Source: Longimicrobiales bacterium
GTDB taxonomy: Bacteria > Gemmatimonadota > Gemmatimonadetes > Longimicrobiales > Gaopeijiaceae
NCBI GenBank assembly: GCA_965116905.1
Contig: OZ220732.1
Span: forward strand, 3,424,001-3,488,000
DNA length: 64,000 nucleotides
Direction of reading: 5' to 3'
Shown: piece by piece, positions 61,049 through 64,000 of the stretch
How the letters are laid out: each line of letters begins with the position of its first letter
How positions within the stretch are numbered: position 1 is the stretch's first letter
Made by a program: the position numbers and the translations under genes
The notes under the pieces: generated by a model
The model's database searches: none
What the model was told of the DNA's origin: nothing
The model's input: the letters and a program-made list of their open reading frames with translations, nothing else

Positions 61049-61251
61049 CGGACCTCCTCCTCGCCGCCGGCGCCGTGCGGGTCGTTCCAGGCGGCCGCGA
61101 TGTCGTCCTCGCTCCCCACGTCCTCGGGGAAGAGGCCGTACTCCTCGGCCATGTACGCCGAGACCTCGAGCGTCTCGCCGCCGTCGCGCGCGAGTTCGCG
61201 GTCGAAGTCCTCGAACGTCTCGATGGGGATGGTGCTGCCGTTCCAGCTCAT
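61045..61251 (-). CDS. Small acidic hypothetical protein
   Basis: GGAGG RBS; 4-nt overlaps with both neighbours. Confidence 0.6.
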   Translation of the reverse strand: MSWNGSTIPIETFEDFDRELARDGGETLEVSAYMAEEYGLFPEDVGSEDDIAAAWNDPHGAGGEEEVR

Positions 61252-62258
61252 GGGTTCACCTCCTTCGGTGGTTGGGTCGTTTCTTCCAGCGGGTCTCTCC
61301 CGGGCTCCGCTCCGGGCGGCGCGGTGATCCAGTGGCCGGTGGCCGCGTCGTAGCCGCATACTTCGAGCGCGTCCTCGACCAACCGCTTTCCCGCGCGGCG
61401 GGCCACGTGCAGGACGAGCGCGATCCCGTCAACGACGCCCCGGCAGGTGACCTCCCAGGGAAGCGCGTCGCCGGCCTGCATGGCGCAGCTTGCGAGCCGC
61501 GAGAGCGCGGAGCGCGCGTTGTTGGCGTGGATGGTGGTGAGTGATCCGCCGTGGCCGGTGTTGAGCGCCTGCAGCAGGTCGGCGGCCTCGCCGCCCCGGA
61601 CCTCGCCGACGACGATGTGGTCGGGCCGATGGCGGAGCGCGTGGCGCACCAGGTCGCGGATCTCGACGGGCGTCTCGGTGAGCGTGGCCCCGGCCTCGAA
61701 CCGGACGCAGTTCGCCCGGTCGATCCTGAGTTCGAGCGTGTCCTCGATAGCGACGATCCGCTCGTCCTCGGGCAGCAGTTCGATCAGCGCGTTCAGGAGC
61801 GTGGTCTTTCCCGAGCCCGTGCCGCCGGAGACGAGGATGTTCTGGCGGGCGGCGAGCGTGCTCCGGGCGGCTTCGAGGATGTCTTCGGGCAGCGAGCCCA
61901 GCCGCACCAGGTCCTCGGCCGAGAATGCGCGGCCCCCGAACCGCCGGATGGTGATCGCGACCTCGGGACTCGCGGGCGGCGTGCATATGGCGACCCGCGA
62001 CCCGTCTTCGAGCCGCGCGTCCAGGATCGGGCGCGCAGCGGGATCGAGCCCGAGCGGCCGGGCGATGTGGATGGCGGCCCGGTGGAGCCAGGCCGCGGTG
62101 AGGGCCGGGGCCTCGTGAGGCTCCAGTCTGCCGGCCCGCTCGACCCAGACGTTGCCGGGTCCGTTGATCATGATCTCGGAGACTTCGGAGTCTTCGAGCA
62201 GCCTTTCCAGGCCGGGCAGAAACGGAGTGAGGTGGCCGACGCCGCTCGCGCGCTTCAT
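61248..62258 (-). CDS. VirB11/TrbB/CpaF-family ATPase
   Basis: SEIMIN, GGTGSGKTT, IEDT, LRHRPD..GEVRG, NTGH. Confidence 0.9.
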   Translation of the reverse strand: MKRASGVGHLTPFLPGLERLLEDSEVSEIMINGPGNVWVERAGRLEPHEAPALTAAWLHRAAIHIARPLGLDPAARPILDARLEDGSRVAICTPPASPEVAITIRRFGGRAFSAEDLVRLGSLPEDILEAARSTLAARQNILVSGGTGSGKTTLLNALIELLPEDERIVAIEDTLELRIDRANCVRFEAGATLTETPVEIRDLVRHALRHRPDHIVVGEVRGGEAADLLQALNTGHGGSLTTIHANNARSALSRLASCAMQAGDALPWEVTCRGVVDGIALVLHVARRAGKRLVEDALEVCGYDAATGHWITAPPGAEPGRDPLEETTQPPKEVNP

Positions 62259-64000
62259 ATCCGGCCCTCCTCGAGTTGCCGCCAGTAGCCCTGGGTCCTG
62301 GGCAGGTAGTGGGGCTTGAGGTAGACGCGGGTGGCCGGCAGCGACTTGACGCCGTCGTATGGCAGGCAGATCGCTTGGTAGTTGGCGAGCAGCCCGAACT
62401 GCCGCGGCGTGAACACGGGCTCCCTCTGCCGGCGGAACGACTTGCTCGCGCCGATGGTGCCCTGCCCGCCTCCGGCGCGTCCGGAGAGCAGCGAGAACTC
62501 GGGCTTGTTCGTGGTCTCGGTGAACGTGTAGGAGGGCTGCGTCTTCATGACGGAGCCGCACATCTCCGACGCGATCTTGGCCGACGCGTCGTCGGAGAGC
62601 GACAGGAAGATCCGGGTGCGGAGCGTCTGGACGAGCGTGCGCCACGCCTCGCCCGAGGGGAGCACGGAGCGGAGCGACGAGATCGACTGCGTGGCAACGA
62701 TCGGGATGCAGCGGCACTGCCGCGTGAGCGCGAACGCCTTCTCGTCACCTGAGGGGTCGTCCTGTCCGACGGTGGCGAACGCCTGGTACTCGTCACAGAT
62801 GAACACGGCGGGCCGCATGTAGCGGTCCGGGCGACGCGCGGCCTCGGCGGGCCGCCGGAGCAGCGCCTGCATCCAGGCGTTCTTGAGCAGCACCCCGATG
62901 GCGCGCGCGAGCGCCGGGTTCGCTCCGGCCGGCATGTTGAGCGCGAGCACCTTGCCGCCCTCGATCAGGTCGCTGAGCGGCGGCAGCCTCCGGCGAAGGC
63001 CCGGCATGGGCCGAACGTCCGGGACCTCTTCCTCCTCGGCAACCGTCTCCGTGGCCGGAAGATCGTCGTCCGGAGGCGGCGGACAGAACACGCCGGCCAC
63101 GTCCGGCTGGTCGAACAGCGACAGGAACACGCTGATGCCCTCGACGATCGAGGTTCGGAGCTTCGCGTCGAGCGCCATCCAGTCCTTCAGGTACCACCGC
63201 TCGACGGCGTCCACCTGCTCGGCGTACTCGCGTCCCGCGCCGCCGCCCACCGGCTCCGTGGCGTACTCGACCTTCAGCTTCGCGAGCTGCGCTCCGCGTT
63301 CCGGATCGAACCGGCACGCCACGGTCCCGGCCCCCGGCACCACGTCCCAGCCCCAGTCTCCGAGCGCCTTCTTGTGGTCGTGGAGATCCTTGGCGGCGAT
63401 GACGGCCCGCATGGGGCACCGCCGCAGCGCCTCGGCCTTCGCCTCTCCGATCCTGTTCGCGAACAGCTTCGCGTCGACCGTGCAGCGGTACACGTCCCGG
63501 AGCGTGACCCAGTCCCCCGGCAGGAGCCGGTGAAGCTCGACGATCCACCGCACGAGGTTGGTGTACGCCTGCTGCCAGAACGGTTCGCGGGACTTCCCGA
63601 AGAGCTGGTTGATGAGCGACGCGACGCCGTAGGCCATCGAGTAGGAGTCGAGCAGCGGATCGTCGAGAGGGTTCCACTGCCAGGAGCCGCCGAGCCCGAT
63701 CTCGAGGTAGTCGTCCTCCCGGCCGGCGTCATTGAGGATCTGCCGCACCTGATGGCAGAAGTCTCCTTTAACTTCGAGCACGAGCGCGCCCGCGCGGCGG
63801 CCGGCATCGCCGGCCTGCCAGGAGAGCAACTGCCGGGCGAACGGGTACATGCAGGCGGTCGTCTTGCCGGTGCCCACGGCCCCGACCACGAGCAGGCCGG
63901 TGTAGAGTCCCTTCTCGGGGACGACGAGCCAGGAGGGCCGCTCGCTCTCTTCCGACACCGTCGGGTGGTGCAGTTCGCCGACAACGATCGACGGCGCGTC
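62255..64000 (-). CDS. VirD4/TraG/TraD-like type IV coupling protein (5'-partial)
   Basis: GAVGTGKT Walker A, EVKGD, WNPL, ICDEYQ, ATQS; frame open to window end. Confidence 0.85.
   Translation of the reverse strand, partial: DAPSIVVGELHHPTVSEESERPSWLVVPEKGLYTGLLVVGAVGTGKTTACMYPFARQLLSWQAGDAGRRAGALVLEVKGDFCHQVRQILNDAGREDDYLEIGLGGSWQWNPLDDPLLDSYSMAYGVASLINQLFGKSREPFWQQAYTNLVRWIVELHRLLPGDWVTLRDVYRCTVDAKLFANRIGEAKAEALRRCPMRAVIAAKDLHDHKKALGDWGWDVVPGAGTVACRFDPERGAQLAKLKVEYATEPVGGGAGREYAEQVDAVERWYLKDWMALDAKLRTSIVEGISVFLSLFDQPDVAGVFCPPPPDDDLPATETVAEEEEVPDVRPMPGLRRRLPPLSDLIEGGKVLALNMPAGANPALARAIGVLLKNAWMQALLRRPAEAARRPDRYMRPAVFICDEYQAFATVGQDDPSGDEKAFALTRQCRCIPIVATQSISSLRSVLPSGEAWRTLVQTLRTRIFLSLSDDASAKIASEMCGSVMKTQPSYTFTETTNKPEFSLLSGRAGGGQGTIGASKSFRRQREPVFTPRQFGLLANYQAICLPYDGVKSLPATRVYLKPHYLPRTQGYWRQLEEGRI

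Larger units (their letters stand above)
57142..64000 (-). mobile_element. ICE-like integrative conjugative element (partial)
   Basis: Co-oriented, tightly coupled T4CP, VirB11-like, ArdC, relaxase-like, Xis-like and integrase genes ending at the tRNA. Confidence 0.85.

Overview
High-GC bacterial window. Gene content suggests a host-associated Gemmatimonadota-like genome such as a sponge symbiont; this is inference only. Three paralogues of a giant acidic surface lipoprotein are present: copy A (<2..3910 +), copy B (39382..43868 +, no signal peptide or first domain) and copy C (44021..48892 -, complete, with a sigma54-type promoter). B and C converge and share 1161-bp and 267-bp near-identical inverted blocks but have divergent C-terminal halves. 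This is the architecture of an expression locus plus silent cassette that could swap tails by inversion or gene conversion, and it is the top finding. Between A and B lie regulators, a P450, a lipase, an LRR Ser/Thr kinase-MotA/ExbB-FHA-PP2C-vWA signalling module and an array of domain-shuffled Ig/LRR/zincin lipoproteins. The right end has a 7.7-kb SusC/SusD-amidohydrolase segment between tRNA-Val(TAC) and a duplicate of its 3' end. Beyond it is an ICE-like element (integrase, Xis-like, Replic_Relax-like, ArdC, VirB11-like, VirD4-like) that runs off the window. Several small indels in short G/C runs may be sequencing errors. All alignments were done by eye.
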